DNA from: the human T2T-CHM13v2.0 reference genome, Homo sapiens
NCBI RefSeq assembly: GCF_009914755.1
Contig: NC_060934.1
DNA length: 64,000 nt
Strand: one strand, 5' to 3'
Part shown: piece by piece, positions 43,241 through 59,442 of the stretch
Layout of the letters: each line of letters opens with the position of its first letter
Position numbering within the stretch: position 1 is the stretch's first letter
Made by a program: the position numbers and the translations under genes
The notes under the pieces: generated by a model
Databases searched by the model: none
Told to the model about the DNA's origin: nothing
What the model saw: only the letters and a program-made list of their open reading frames with translations

Positions 43241-45363
43241 TACGCTGTCCCACGCACCAACAGCTCGCCCCTCATTGCCGGGCAGGACCCCACCACGTGG
43301 CCGCACCCCAATGTGCTCATCGCCCACTGGGTGTCCAGGTGTCCGTCCTGTGGGTGATGGATCTTTCTGTGGTTTCCCGGTTTAGGTCATTGCAGATAAC
43401 GCTGCTGTAAACATGTGTATGAGTTTCTGCGGGACGCGTGTCTCCTTATCTCTTTGGTAGATGGAGTGGAATGACTGCGGCATACAACAGGCCTGCTTTA
43501 ACTTCTTAAGAAACTGCCAAACTGTCTTCCAAAGTGGCTCCAGCATTCACCATTCCCACCAGCCGAGTATGAGGGTTCCGGTTCCACACCCTCCCAACAC
43601 GCGCTCTGGTCGACTGTGTGAGTTTCACCCATTCTAACAGGTGTGCAGGGGTATTCCATTGTGGTTTCCATTTGCATTTCCTTGATAATTAATGATGTCG
43701 GGCATCCTTCCATCGTACTTTGTTTGCTATCTAAATCTTTTCTCGTGAAGTATCTGTTCAAATCTTTTTTAGGGTTGTTTCTTTCTTATTATTCAGTTTT
43801 GAGAGTTCTTTATATAGTCTAAATTTGTTACTGTTATCAGATTCTTCCAGTCTTGGCGTAACTTTTCATTTTCTTAACAATATCTTTCAAAGAGTGGAAA
43901 TTCTTAAATTTGCTGACGGTCATAAAGATTTTCTTCAGTGCTTTCTGCTAGAAATGTGAGGGTCTTTGGTCTCGGATCCATTTCGAGCTGATTTTCCTGC
44001 GTGGCGTGCGGCCTCGTTTTTGTTGTGTTTCGTTCTGCACTTGGACGTCCAGGGACTGCAGCCACTCATGGAGATGCCCTTCCTCCGCTCAGCGTCCTCG
44101 TCCCTTTGCCAGCCACCACCCGGCTGTGCACCTGTGGCGTGCTTCTGGTTCCCCGCCCCATCCCCTGGGTCTACACGGCTACCGTCACGCCTGCGCTCCA
44201 CTGTATCAATACTGCACCCATGTGACGGGGTCCTGACATCAGGTGGCGTGTGCCCTCCTGTTTTGGCTATTATAGGGGTCCCTTACATTTTTATATAACT
44301 TTTAGAATAAGCTTGTTAACTTCTACAAAAAAAAAAAAAAAAAACATCCTGTGGAGATTTTGACTAGAATTGTGTGGAATCTATAGATCACCTTGGGGCA
44401 AGGTGACACCTTGGCAATATTGGGCCTTCTCATCTAAGAGCATGATGTTTCTCTCCATTTGTTGAGTTCTTTAATCTCTCTCGGCAATGTTTTATAGTAT
44501 GAGCGTATAAAGTCTTGCACCTTTTGTCAAACTTATCCCTAATTATTTCCTGGCTTGGAAGCTATTGTCAATGGTAGTGTTTTAAGTTTTAATTTCTGAT
44601 AGTTAGTTATATAGAAATGCAATTGGTTTTTGTACCTTGACTTTTATATCCTTCAACCTTGCCAAAATCACTCACTAGTCAGAGTAGCTTTTTCTGTAGA
44701 TTAGACTACATTTTCTACACAGATGATGAGACCACCTGCAGAGAAAGACCACCTAGATGCTTTTCCTTTTTTCTTCCTGCCTCTCTACTCCGGCCGGGAT
44801 CTCCAGCGTGGTGCTGACACTGCAGTGAGCGGCCCTGCCTGGCTGCTGGCCTTAGGGGATGGCCTCAGCCTCCTGCCAACCTGCGACGCTCAGGGGCAGG
44901 TGTTCTGCAGATGTCCTTTGCCAGCTGGAAGAAGCCGCCTTCCCCTCCTCATTTTCTGAGAGTTTGTATTCCGAATGGATGTTGGGTTTTGTCAAATGCT
45001 TTTCTGCATCTATTGCAATCATCAGATAGTCTTTATTTTTTAGCTTATGAATGCGGTGAATTACATTGGCTGATTTTTCAAATATTAAATTAATTACCCT
45101 TGTATTTCTGGGTTAAAACCCACGTGGACATAATATAAATCCTTGTAACATATTGTTTTGCTCCATTTCCTAACATTTTGTTAAGAATGTTATTAGCATC
45201 TATAGCCATGAGGCATATTGGTCCATTTTTTTTTTTTAATCTCCTAATGTCTTTTTCTGGGTTTGGTATCCGGATAATGCCAGCCTCAGAAAATCAGTTG
45301 GGAAGCAGAGTCTCCTCTTTTAATTGCTGTGGGAGGATGTGTGTAGAAATCCTCTGGGTATAG

Positions 45364-45685
<322 letters not shown>

Positions 45686-46464
45686 AAGGCTTTTTCTTTG
45701 TGGGAAGATTTTAAACTAAAGATTCTATTACTTTAATAGATACAGGCATATCCAGGTCATCCCTTTCTTCTTGAGCGAGTTTGGAAGTTTGGGTCTTTCG
45801 AGGAACTTGTCCATTTCATCTAAGTTGTTAAATTTATTGGTGCAGCATTATTCATTATTTACTTTTTATCCTCTCTTGACTCTGTAGTGATGCTGCCTCT
45901 ATCATTTTTGATATTGATAATTTTGTGTCTCTCTTTTTTCCTGATCAGCCTGACCTGACTAGAGGTGTATTAATTTTATTGATTTTTCTCAAAGCACTTG
46001 CTTCTGGTTTGTGTTTCTGTTTCCTGTGTCATAGATTTCTGTTCTTATTTTCATCATCCTTGATGATGCTTGTGTTGAATTTGCTCTTTTTCTAATTTCT
46101 GAAGATAGAAATAGCAGCCATTGCTTTGCAGCCTTTTCTTCTTTCCTAACATACATGCTTAGTTCCATAAAGTCCTTCTTGCGCTTCAGCAGCATCCACA
46201 CATAATGATAAATTGTGCTTTTGTCTTCATTCACATCACAATATTTTCTAAATTTCCCTCCTTTTAATTTCTTCTTTTATCCGTGGGTATTTAAGAAGCA
46301 TATTTAGTTTCCAAGTGTCTGGGTTTTTCCAGGCATGGTTTCTGTTATTAAGTTCTTATTTAACTCCACTGTGGTCAGAGAACCTACTGTGGGTAATTTG
46401 GACCCTTTCATATTTTTGAGGCTTGTTTTATGGCTCAACTTAGGGTATATCTTGTCAAATGTTC

Positions 46465-46491
46465 TGTGTGTGTGTGTGTGTGTGTGTGTGT
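46465..46491. repeat. (TG)~13 microsatellite
   Basis: Directly visible. Confidence 0.9.
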
Positions 46492-48228
46492 AAAGTGTAC
46501 ATTCTTCTGCCGTGGGGGGAATGTTACATCAATGTCCGTTACTGATTTGATGCATATTTGTTCCATCACTGTTGAGAAAGGGATGTTGACCTCCCCAGCC
46601 ATCCTCGGGTACGTCTTGATTGTTCTGTGGCTCCATGGGTTTTGTCTCGTGTGTTTTACGGGGATGTTAATCGATGTACAGACACTGAGGTTTCACATCC
46701 TCTTCATGAATTAGCCTCCTCCTCTTTACGGAATGGCCCACTGTAGCCCTGGTCACATTCCCAGGATGAACTCCACCTTTTTCTAATTTAATCTCACCAT
46801 GCCAACCTTCTTTGGATACTAAGAGATAAGGTTTTTCCATCCTTTCTTTTTAACTTACCATTTTCTTTGTATTTAAAGTGGGTTTCTTGGAGGAAGCATA
46901 TTTTGAACGCTGAATTTTCATTTAATCAGATGATATTTTTCTTTTAGTTGGGGGTGTTTAGACACTTAATGTGATGATAGATATGGTTGGGTTGAAATAT
47001 ACTATCTTGCTATTTGTTTTTCTTATTTTTCCTATCTGTTCTCTGTTCCCTTTTTTTCTGTGTTTTTTTGGATTAAGGGTATGTTTATGATTCCATTTCA
47101 TCTTCTTCGTTATGTATTTGCTATAAACTCTGTGGGGTTTTTTGTTTGTTTTTCTTGTTTTGTTTTTATTGATTACTTGAGGATGTATAGTTTATAACTT
47201 TATCACAGTCTATCTCCAAGTAATATTATACCACTTTCTCCAGAGGATGGAGACTTTAAATACTTTGCTTCCATTCCCTCCCTCTCATCTTTTGTGCTGT
47301 CGTCATTCATTTCACATTTATGTTATAAAACCCCATACCATTATTATTGTCTTTTGCTCTAAGCTTTTTGCTCAAAAATATTTTAAAGAGATTTTGAAAA
47401 TAAAGGCGTTTTAAGTATTTATCCGTGTTTTCACTATTTTCAGAGCTGTCTGTTTCCCTGGACTCGCACACAGGTGGTGGCTGTCTTCCTGCTGAGGGCT
47501 CTGCAGATCTCGGAGTGGCCGTTCCTTGCAGCTCTCTCCTTCCAGGTGTCCCGCCCTGCACGTTGTAGTTGTCAGTTTCCCAGACTCCAAACTGTCTGTC
47601 CTCAACTTGCGGAGACCCCTGGGCTCTTCCTGCCCCCCCCCCCCCAATGCTGTGGCCTGGAAATTCCCCAGAGAGTAAGACCTGGGTGGGCCATGGCGCT
47701 CGCCAGCCAAACCCCCTTCGAGGCCCCCCGTCCTGCGCGGACTGCTCGTCAATGTTTGAAAACCCTCATTTCATGTGCTTTTCTCTGGTTTTTATTTGTC
47801 TCAGCTGGAAGAACGAATCTGGTCCCTGTTACTTCATCTGAGATGGAAGCAAAAGTCCAATCGATTTATTTTTAATTTTATTTGATACCGAAGTGCAGAA
47901 AACTGCACGTACCGCAAGGGTAGCGCTCGGGGAAGCTTCACAACCGGGGCACGTCTGCACAGCCAGCACTCAGTCACAGAATGTCATCACCCCCGAATCC
48001 CAGCCGAGGTCAGGGCCTTCCGCGCGCTCCCTCGTGCTTTTCACTGTCTGAGTGATTAACGGAGAGGCTGGCTGTTTACTACACATCTGGTCCCCTCCTT
48101 TGAAACAGGTATTTGTGGGGGCAAGAACAGCGTTAAGTTTGTCTTCCCTGTGTGTTTAGCACCAGGATACTGGCACATAGCAGGTATTTTATAAATAGTT
48201 TTGAGTGTTTATATATATACATATATAT

Positions 48229-48436
48229 TTTATTTTTGACAGGGTCTCACTCTGTTGCCCAGGCTGGAGTGCAGTGGCGCCATCTCAGCTCCCCAAAGCC
48301 TCAGTCTCCCAGGCTCAAACCATCCTCCCACCTCCCAGCCTCCTGAGTAGCCAGGACCACAGGTGCACACCACCATGCCCAGCTAATTTTAAACTTTCTT
48401 GTAGAGATGCACTCTCACCATGTTGCCCAGGCTGGT
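48229..48436 (-). mobile_element. Partial AluJ
   Basis: GACAGGGTCTCACTCTGTTGCCCAGGCTGG...CCAGGCTCAA.CCATCCTCCCACCTC...CATGTTGCCCAGGCTGG. Confidence 0.85.
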
Positions 48437-48579
48437 GAGTATTTATATCCTACAAATATCTTTGAATGAATAAATGCCTAGAAAAATGTTGCAACATTTG
48501 ATGATTATTTCTTGATAGGAGCTAACATTGTTTCATCTGAAAAATAATTTAAATATTTCCATTTTAAAATTACACATTA

Positions 48580-49053
<474 letters not shown>

Positions 49054-49145
49054 TCAGGAGGCTTGGCACAGAGCCTCCTACCCAGAGGGCTGGTCCAGGG
49101 CTGTGCAGAGAACCTTCCGGGGACCTCAGGCGCAGGGAGGCCTCA

Positions 49146-49394
<249 letters not shown>

Positions 49395-49888
49395 TTAAGA
49401 AACAGAGATAACAAACGCTTGGAATATAGGCGACACCTGCTCAGCCTGTTTCACTCTAAGGCAGCAGCACCACGAATCCCCACGCTCACTTCTGGGGATG
49501 GTCCCACTGAGGTGGGGCCGGGATGAGCCACAGGATTTTGGGATCATCTCTGATCCACCAGCCAAGCTAAACGGTGCCAGGTGTCCGTCCCCTCTGCCTT
49601 CCTTCCCACCCCAAATCAAAGCAGCCCGGGCGGTCCCTTGGAGGTGCTTGCCCTCCCACCCCACACTTGGGCCAGGGGCTGGAGGGACCGTGGGCAGTGG
49701 GCAGTGGGCAGTACTCCTCCAGGCAGGAATGGAGGCAGAACCAGAAGAATTGCTTCCTGGGAGCAGGCAGGCGGCGCCGAGTCCTGAACAAAGGCGGCCG
49801 AGAAGGCACAGCAAGCACACGTGGTTGGCCACAGCACTGGACACACGTGTCCATGCGTGAGCGTGGTGGGGTGCCAGCCTCAACGTCA

Positions 49889-50020
<132 letters not shown>

Positions 50021-50332
50021 CTACCGCAATCCAAAAAAGAGGCCCCCGTAGCAAACAGGGCGCATGGCCCAGACCCCGCGAGGGCCAGGCCCCTGCAGAA
50101 AGGCCGAGCTCCTGCCCCTTCTGCAAACAGCATGGTGGACAAGGGCACCTGGCTCGGCAACGAGGGCCCCATAGCACCTGGCCCATCCTCTGGAGGGTCA
50201 CCCTGAGACCCCAGCCCCCACCCATCTCCTCTGCCCGCACCACGGAGGGTCCTGCCTGTGGGGACAGCCGGGCCCAGGTGACCCTGAGCTCTGCGGAGCA
50301 GAGTGGACCAGGCCCCTCCTGTTTGTGCTTCA

Positions 50333-50908
<576 letters not shown>

Positions 50909-51079
50909 CTACACCTGTTTCCAGAATGTCACAGGCTCTACAGACCCCTCCATCCCTGTGGGTGGAGGGCTGGGAGAGGCCACACCCCTGGGACCCCAGC
51001 GGCTCCCTGGTGGGCCTTCAGCTTCTGGAAGGAAAGGGCCCGTGTGCAGGGAACCTGAGGCACAGTGGGTATCAGCTCT

Positions 51080-51516
<437 letters not shown>

Positions 51517-52060
51517 TCACAGCCCAGCTCCAGCGACCTCAGAGGAGCCCAGTGAGGCCAACTCTGCAGACCATGGACGCCCAGCAGGGCCCTCCCCGTG
51601 TGCGCCTCCAGGGGCACCGCTGGGTGTGCATGGCCGGTCAGGACGTGGATTGAGAACACGCTGGGTCATGCACCGGGCACTTGGCCACGGCCAGTGAGTT
51701 CTGTGGTCACTGCCAGAGGCACCGCCGGCTGGCTCCAGGCCAGTGGGAGCTGGAGAGGACAGCTGTCCTGCTCTCGGCTCCACCATAACAGTGACCTTCG
51801 GGTCCGGACGCCCAGACCAGACACAAAGACCCTGTACTGGAGACAGGTCACAGGAAGGGGTGTGTGGCGTCTCTGGACGGCCCCCCCCCCTTGGGGTACC
51901 CGGTGTCTGTCCGGCACCTTCTTGGGACTGTCCGGGCGTTTCCCGAGTCCCAGGCCTCCCTGGGGTGGGGCTGAGGTGTGGGCAGCCCACGGCTGGGTCT
52001 CTGCCTCCCTGAGGCCTCTCAGCGGGCTGGGGGCGGCCTCAACAAGAAGGAGCGGCTTTA

Positions 52061-52180
<120 letters not shown>

Positions 52181-52526
52181 TCAGGGGATGCATTTAGGAC
52201 GCAAGGACGTCGCTGTGCTGTTCCCCTCATTTCCAGGAGACCTCGTGGCAGAGCCACGGCGGGGGCTTTGTACCCTTCCTGCCCGAGGCTGGGCCCTTGG
52301 GGTGGGGGGCCCTGCTGGAAGTGACTCGGGGCTGCCACCAGGGGGCAGCAGAGGCACGCAAGAGTCACCGGCGGCCCCAAAATGTCATTTCTCTCCGGTT
52401 GTTAATGTTTAGAAACCTGATTTGCATGACGCAAAGTGCATGTTCACCAAACCCAAAATAACAAATGGAAAATTCTCCAGCGCCGCCTCTGTGAGTGGTG
52501 CCTTTCCCTCCATCCTTCTGTGTCCT

Positions 52527-53252
52527 CCACACCACACATGGAGACATACATGTACAGACACATGGATGCATGCAGACACACACGCGTGCACAGACACGCA
52601 CTCACGCAGACAGGCACGGACACACACAGATGCACGTGTACATGGACCCAGACACAGACATGCACGGACACAGACACCCACCCGTGCATAGACGTGCTCA
52701 CGCGGACATGCACAGACACACACATGCACACGTACACAGATGCACACAGACGCACACAGACATGCACAGACACACGCACACGTACACAGATGCGCACACA
52801 CAGACATGCACGGACACACACATGCACACGTACACAGATGCGCACGGACACACGCACACGTACACAGACATGCACGGACACACACGCACACGTACACAGA
52901 TGCACACAGACATGCACGGACACACATGCACACGTACACAGATGCACACACACAGACATGCACGGACACACACATGCACACGTACACAGATGCGCACGGA
53001 CACACACGCACACGTACACAGATGCACACAGACATGCATGGACACACATGCACACGTACACAGATGCACACACACAGACATGCACGGACACACACGCACA
53101 TGTACACAGATGCACACACACAGACATGCACGGACACACACAGATGAACACATACACGGACCCAGACACGCAGACATGCACGGACACAGACACGCACGTG
53201 TACACAGACGCACACACTCACGCAGACATGCACGGACACACGTGTACACAGT
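52527..53252. repeat. Complex CA-rich tandem array (~40-bp CACAGACATGCACGGACACACATGCACACGTACACAGATG-type units)
   Basis: Directly visible; long alternating purine-pyrimidine runs. Confidence 0.95.
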
Positions 53253-53569
53253 GCAGACTCAGAGCCGTGCCCCCATGCTCCCCTGGGGAAGGCCCTCTCT
53301 TCCTGGCCTTAGGCCCCTGGGATGCCAGTCGGCTGTGGTCAGGTGGTGCAGGCAGCAGCTCCGGCCCGTCCGCTCCCGTGGACTATGAGTCTGTCTAATA
53401 CCAGACCCGGCACGCAGTTCAGGCTCCTCACCACCAGCGGCAGGCGGCCACCACAGCCCCTGAGGGCCAGCCAGAGGGCTCCTGGAGGCTTGGGCCTCTC
53501 CGCATGGGCAGCCCTCCATCGAGCTGTGAGGCTTCTGGTTCTGAGTCATAGCTTCAAGTTTGCACAAAC

Positions 53570-56105
53570 AAAGCAGTTTTTATAAAACTTACTATCAAAG
53601 TAGAATATACAGAAAGTGGCGTAAAAGCCCATGCGTGAAAAGCTCGATGGATTTTTGCAGTGGGCACACCTGTGTGGCCAGGCAAAGAGATGGGACATTG
53701 CCGGCCACTGGCCCTCGTCCCCACAAGGGGACCACAACAGATTCTAGCAGCTCAGGTGGGCTTTTCTGCCGGGCCTCTGGCTTGCGCCGTGGGCTTCACC
53801 CAGGTGGAGCGTGGGGCTGGCCTTCCTCCCTGCAGATGCCACAGCTGGTAATGCCACAGCTGGGAATGCCACAGCGTCTTCATCCGTTCTGTGGCCAAGG
53901 GCATCTGGGTGGCTTCCCGTCAATGGGGGTCATGAGCGATGCTGCTCTCTGGGGACCCCAGCGAAGGATTTCTACCGGGCGCAGAGTCAGGTGCAGACTT
54001 GCTGTGTCAGCTACAGCGATTCTGCCAGAACCCTGCCCAGGGGCTGCTGCACCCACGGGCTACTGTGCCAAGGGGCAGGCATGAGGCCCAGGGAGCCTCA
54101 GCTGCCCCCATCCCCGTCTCATCCCCACTGGCCGTGTCCTCCTTTTCCATGGGAGCCATTCTGGTTGGTGTCTGGTTATCTGCGTCAGGCTTCAATTTTG
54201 CATTTCCCTGACTAATGAACTTGAGCACCATTAAAATTATTGGCCACACGAATCTCTGCTTTTGTGAGATTCCAACCTCGTGCCATCTTCAATCAGTGTC
54301 TCCTTTTCTTACTGAAAAGGGACCTACACCCTTCATCCATGTGGGACACACATGTGTCGGCAACCTAGTGTCAATATCTTCTCATTCTCTGTGGCTGCCC
54401 CTTGACTCTCGGCAGGGCGTTTTTGGTGAACAGAACTTCTGAATTTCAGCGCAGTCTGATTTGTCGTTTTTCCCTTGTACGGCTCCTACCCTGTGTCTCC
54501 CGTGGCCACAGGGGGGTGGCGCAGCCCCAGGTCCCCACAAGGGACACAGCCCTGGGCCACCTGCCAGGCCATCTCTGTGGAAAACAACATTGCTAATAGC
54601 TCAGGGGAACCAGGCTAAGACCTCACCGGAAGGAGGAAGAGCCTTCGTGAACCCTCGGCCACAGAGAGAACTGGTGGCTTCATGGCACGGAGCCTCTCGG
54701 CCCACACACACGGAACAGCACCCGAGTTCTTCAGTCTCTTGGTTCTGTATTTTCTTTTCAGTCTTTCTACATGTTATTTCTTTTTCTAGTCATATTGTTC
54801 TGTATTCAATACAAGTGCTGATAGGGTGTGCATTTCCGCTCTTGGGGAAAACTTTTCAATACTGTACCATTAAATATGATGCATGCTAGGGCTGTATAGA
54901 TATTCTTTATTGGATTAAGGACATTTGCTTCTATCTTAATTTTAAAAATCATGAGTTGATGTTGGATTTTGAAAGACACCTTTTTTGCACCTGTCAAGGT
55001 GATTTTGCGATTTGTCTCCTTTTCCTTCTGTTAACATGGTCAATGATATCGAATGATTTTTGAATATTGAACCACATGGAACACAACTACTTCACCCTGA
55101 CGTGGCGCCCCTTATAACTGCTGGACTTTATTTGCAGTATTTTGTTAGGATTTTTGTGTATTAGTGATGAGAGAGCCTTTCCTTTCTTGTAATGTCCCTG
55201 CTAAGTTTCTAGTGTCAACGTTCATCTGGCCTCTTAGTAAAAGAGGAAGTTGTTTGCTTTATTTCTACTTTCTATGAGTTTTCAGAGGTTATTTATTCTT
55301 CCAGTTTTTGGAAGAATTTACTGGTGAAGCCAGTGGGGTCTGGGTTTTCTTTGTAGCAACATTTTAAATAAGAGATTCAATTTCTTTAACAGACACCGAA
55401 TCATTTGGATTTTCTACGCTTCTGTTGGCTTTGGTGAGCTGTGTTATGTTGAGGAGTTGGTCCATTTGAGTCCGGTGTTGCCTGTATTGGAGTAAGGCTG
55501 TCAAGAACATTCTGTGTGAACTTTCAATGCCTGCATCATCTCAGGGATGGGTCTTTTTCTTACTGATACTGGAAACTTGCCTTTTCCCTTTCTTTCTTGA
55601 GCAGGTGTTTCTCCATTTCATTGTCTTCTCTTTGGAACCAACTTGTGCCTTGGATTTCCTCTGCTGGTTTTGGCTTCGCTGTTTCTGATGTTGTATTGAT
55701 TTGTCCTCTTTCATTTTTCTTAGCTGTAATTTATTGTTGTTGTCCAGCTTCTTGAAATCAAAGCTTAAATCAAGGTGTTTTCTGGCTTTCTTCTTGTATG
55801 CAAGGCTGTTATTTTTCCTGTAACCCGTTTGAGCTAAGTCACGTAAGTTTTTATTTGTAGTATTTTCATTCTCTAAGTCAGTTTAAGTCTAAGTCAGTTT
55901 AAAGTGTTTTCTGAATTCTGCTGTGACTTCTTCTTTGACTAATTTGATCATCGTAAGTAACTGTTTAATTTCAAGGTGCCCGTGTTTCTCACAGGTCCAT
56001 TTTTGTTACTGATTTCCTGCTTTATGTCACCGTGGTTGGAAAACACGCTCTGAGTGACCTTGGTACTGGGGATCTCTGCTGTGGCTGTGTGTGGCCCAGC
56101 GCTGT
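53570..56105 (-). mobile_element. Degraded L1M fragments
   Basis: TTTTGCATTTCCCTGACTAATGA; GAAGAATTTACTGGTGAAGCCA; GATTCAATTTCTTTAA; TTTATGTCACCGTGGTTGGAAAA. Confidence 0.65.
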
Positions 56106-56109
56106 TCGG

Positions 56110-58279
56110 TTTTAGCCATGTCTGGTGAGGGCCTTCTCGCAGGTGGGGACACCATAGAGTCCGGGGTGGCACAGGGCATTCCGTGGCGAGGGGGCTGAGT
56201 GTGCCAGCTCAAGTCTCTCCTCCTCTTCCTATAAAGCCACAGTCCCGCTCCCAGGATAACCCCTGAATCTAAAACCATTAATTAGATCAATCCATTCATG
56301 AGTTTTGGAGGGAACATTCAAACCATAGCATTCTGCCCCCAAAACTCATGTCCTTCTCATATACAAATAGATTCCTACAAACCCCGTAGCCCCAAAGTCT
56401 TAACTTGTTCCAGCAGCAACTCAAAAGTCCGAAGTTCAGTCTTATCTATGAGCCTGTGAAATCAAAACAAGTTCTCTACTTCCGACATACAGCGGTGGGA
56501 CCGGCTGAGACATTCCCACTTGAAAACGGGAATAGGCAAAATGAGGAGTGGAGGCTCGAAGCAAGCCCCAACCCCACAGGGCTGATGTGATCCTGAATTC
56601 AGGGAATGGTCTCTTCCGACAGCACCTGCTGCCTCTGGACGCAGGGGCTGGGGGTTGGGCCTCCCCGATGGCTTTGCTGGGTGCAGCCCACATGGCTGCT
56701 CTTATGGGTGGGAGTCCAGTGCCTGAAGCTTCCCGAGCTGCCAGTGACTCCACAGCTCTGGGGTCCTGGTGGGGGTCCTGTTCCCGTGGCTTTGCTCTGC
56801 TGGGGCTGTCTGTGGTGGCTCCATCCCTGGGACGAGTCTCTGCCCAGGCCTCCAGGCTTTCAATGGCATCCTTTGAAATCTGGATGGAGGCTGCCAAGCC
56901 TCCATCTTGCTCTCTGCAAGCCTGCAGAATCAGTGCCACGTGGCCGTGGCCAATGCTGTGGCCACACCTTCTTGAGCTGTGGGTCTATCTGCACCAGAGC
57001 TGCCTGAGCCACCCCTGGGGCCGCCATGGAGAGCTGCACTGGAATTTAGGGAGCATGGTCCCCAGCAGGCCCTGGGCAGAGAGCCTGTGGAGGGCACCTC
57101 TGGCACATCCACCAGTGCAATTCTGCCCTCCATGGCCTCCAGGCTTGCAATGGGAGGGCAGCCTTGAGGATCTCTGAAATGACTTCTGGGTCTTTCTTCC
57201 ACTGCCTTGAAGAACAGCACCCGGCCCTTCCTCTCTGTGCTGACTTTTGGTGAACGGTCTAGAGCCTTGGCTCCTCTCCTGGGCACACCTTTCACTCTTT
57301 ACGTGGCCAGGCTAAGAGCTTCCAGATCCTTCCGCTCACTTTTCTTTTGATGATAATTCCATCTCCGAGTTATTTTTTCCCTTTTGCAGCTCCGTGTAGT
57401 GGTTAGAAGTAGCCACGCAGCAGCCTAATTCTTTGCTGCTTGGATATTTATTCTACCAGATACCCTTGTTCACCACTCTGAAGTTCAGCCTTTGACAAAG
57501 CTGTTCCACGTGGACAGTTCAGCCAAAGTCTTTGCTAATTTATGACGAGGCTGGCCTTTATTCTAGGTTTTAATACCTTGCTCCACAGTTCCATCTGAAA
57601 TCTCATCAGAATGGCCTTTCCTGTCCAAATCAGCATTCTGGTCACGACCACTTAACGGATCTCTAAAGAGTTCCAAACTTTCCCTTGTCATCTTGTCTTC
57701 CAGGCAGGCCCTCACCAGAATCACCCTCAATGATCCATTTACAGACATACTGGGTTTTTAAAAGCCTTCTCCTCTAAATGCTTTCAGCCTCTGCTCATTA
57801 CTCAGTTCCATAGCTGCTTCCATATTTTCAAGTATTCATTATTGTTAACCACCCCACTCCTGGTACCAATTTTCTTAGTCCATTTCCAGTTGTTTATAGC
57901 AGAATATCTGAAACTGAGTAATTTACAAAGAAAAGGAAATTATTTCTTACAGTTCTGGAGGCTGAGAAGTCCAAGGTCAAAGGGCCGCATCTGATGAGGG
58001 CCTTCTTGCAGGTGGGGCCTCTGCAGAGTCCTGAGGTGGCCCAGAATGACACACGGTGAGGGGGCTGTGTTAGCCCAGGTCTTTTCCTCTTCTCATACAG
58101 CCATCAGCCCCACTCCCATGATAACCATAATCCATTAACTTATTAGTCAACAAATGGGCTGATCCATTCATGAGCCCTCATGACCCAGTTACCTCTTAAA
58201 GGCCCCACCTCTCAATACTGCCACATTGGGCATTGTTTCAACATGAGTTTCAAGGGAGACAAACGTTCAAATCATAGCA
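56110..58279 (-). mobile_element. MaLR (MST-family) element: 5' LTR ~58279-57875, internal ~57874-56331, partial 3' LTR ~56330-56110
   Basis: Both LTR copies end ...TTCAAA[C/T]CATAGCA on the plus strand and share GAGGGCCTTCT.GCAGGTGGGG...GAGTCC; the internal part starts TTCTGCCCC..AAAACTCATGTCCTTCTCA and ends TGGTACCAATTT. Confidence 0.85.
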
Positions 58280-58539
58280 CCCTTGCTCTGTCTTTTCCAA
58301 TGTCCCCCTCAGACAGGGTCTTTTCTTCAGTCTGTTTCTCAGTCACAGATTCAACCTTGGGCTGCATTCACTTTTCCCAGAAACCCCCACATTGAGCCCT
58401 TCATTTAGGAGAGCACATATGGGATGCTGCAGAGGACACTATGTCCTGGAGGCTGCGTCCTCTCCAGGCACCACAAGACCACAGCAGATTTCACTGCCTT
58501 CCAGAAGCTTCCAGGGGAATGTCCCTAAGGCCCAGGACC

Positions 58540-59442
58540 TGGTGGGTGTTCCCAGGGTGCTGTGGGGCTGCTCCTGGTGGGCATTCCCAGGGTGCTGTGG
58601 GACTCTGCTCTCAGTGGGCGTTCCCAAGGTGCTGTAAGGCTCTGGTCTCGGTGGGTGTTCCCAGGGTGCTGTAAGGCTCTGGTCACAGTGGGCGTTCCCA
58701 GGGTGCTGTAGGGCTGCTGCTGGTGGGCGTTCCCAGGGTGCTGTAGGGCTGCTGCTGGTGGGCGTTCCCAGGGTGCTGTAAGGCTCTGGTCTCGGTGGGT
58801 GTTCCCAGGGTGCCATGGGGCTCTGGTCTCGGTGGGTGTTCCCAGGGTGCCATGGGGCTCTGGTCTCGGTGAGTGTTCCCAGGGTGCTGTGGGGCTCTGG
58901 TCTCGGTGGGCGTTCCCAGGGTGCTGTGGGGCTGCTGCTGGTGGGTGTTCCCAGGGTGCTGTGGAGCTGCTCCTGGTGGGTGTTCCCAGGGTGCTGTGGG
59001 GCTCTGGTCTCAGTGGGTGTTCCCAGGGTGCTGTGGGGCTCTGGTCTCGGTGGGTGTTCCCAGGGTGCTGTGGGGCTGTGGTCTCGGTGGGTGTTCCCAG
59101 GGTGCTGTGGGGCTCTGGTCTCGGTGGGTGTTCTCAGGGTGCTGTGGGGCTGCTCCTGGTGGGTGTTCCCAGGATGCTGTAAGGCTCTGGTCTCAGTGGG
59201 TGTTCCCAGGGTGCTGTGGGGCTCTGGTCTCAGTGGGTGTTCCCAGGGTGCTGTGGGGCTCTGGTCTCGGTGGGTGTTCCCAGGGTGCTGTGGGGCTCTG
59301 GTCTCGGTGGGTGTTCCCAGGGTGCTGTGGAGCTGCTCCTGGTGGGTGTTCCCAGGGTGCTGTGGGGCTCTGCTCTCAATGGGCGTTCCCAGGGTGCTGC
59401 GGGGCTGCTCCTGGTGGGTGTTCCCAGGGTGCTGTGGGGCTC
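58540..59442. repeat. Minisatellite, 35/37-bp units GGTGGGTGTTCCCAGGGTGCTGTGGGGCT(CTGGTCTC/GCTCCT), ~25 copies
   Basis: Directly visible tandem array. Confidence 0.97.

Noticed and set aside
52409-53398. Cys/Val-rich and His/Thr-rich ORFs
   Set aside because: Translations of the CA/TG complex repeat.
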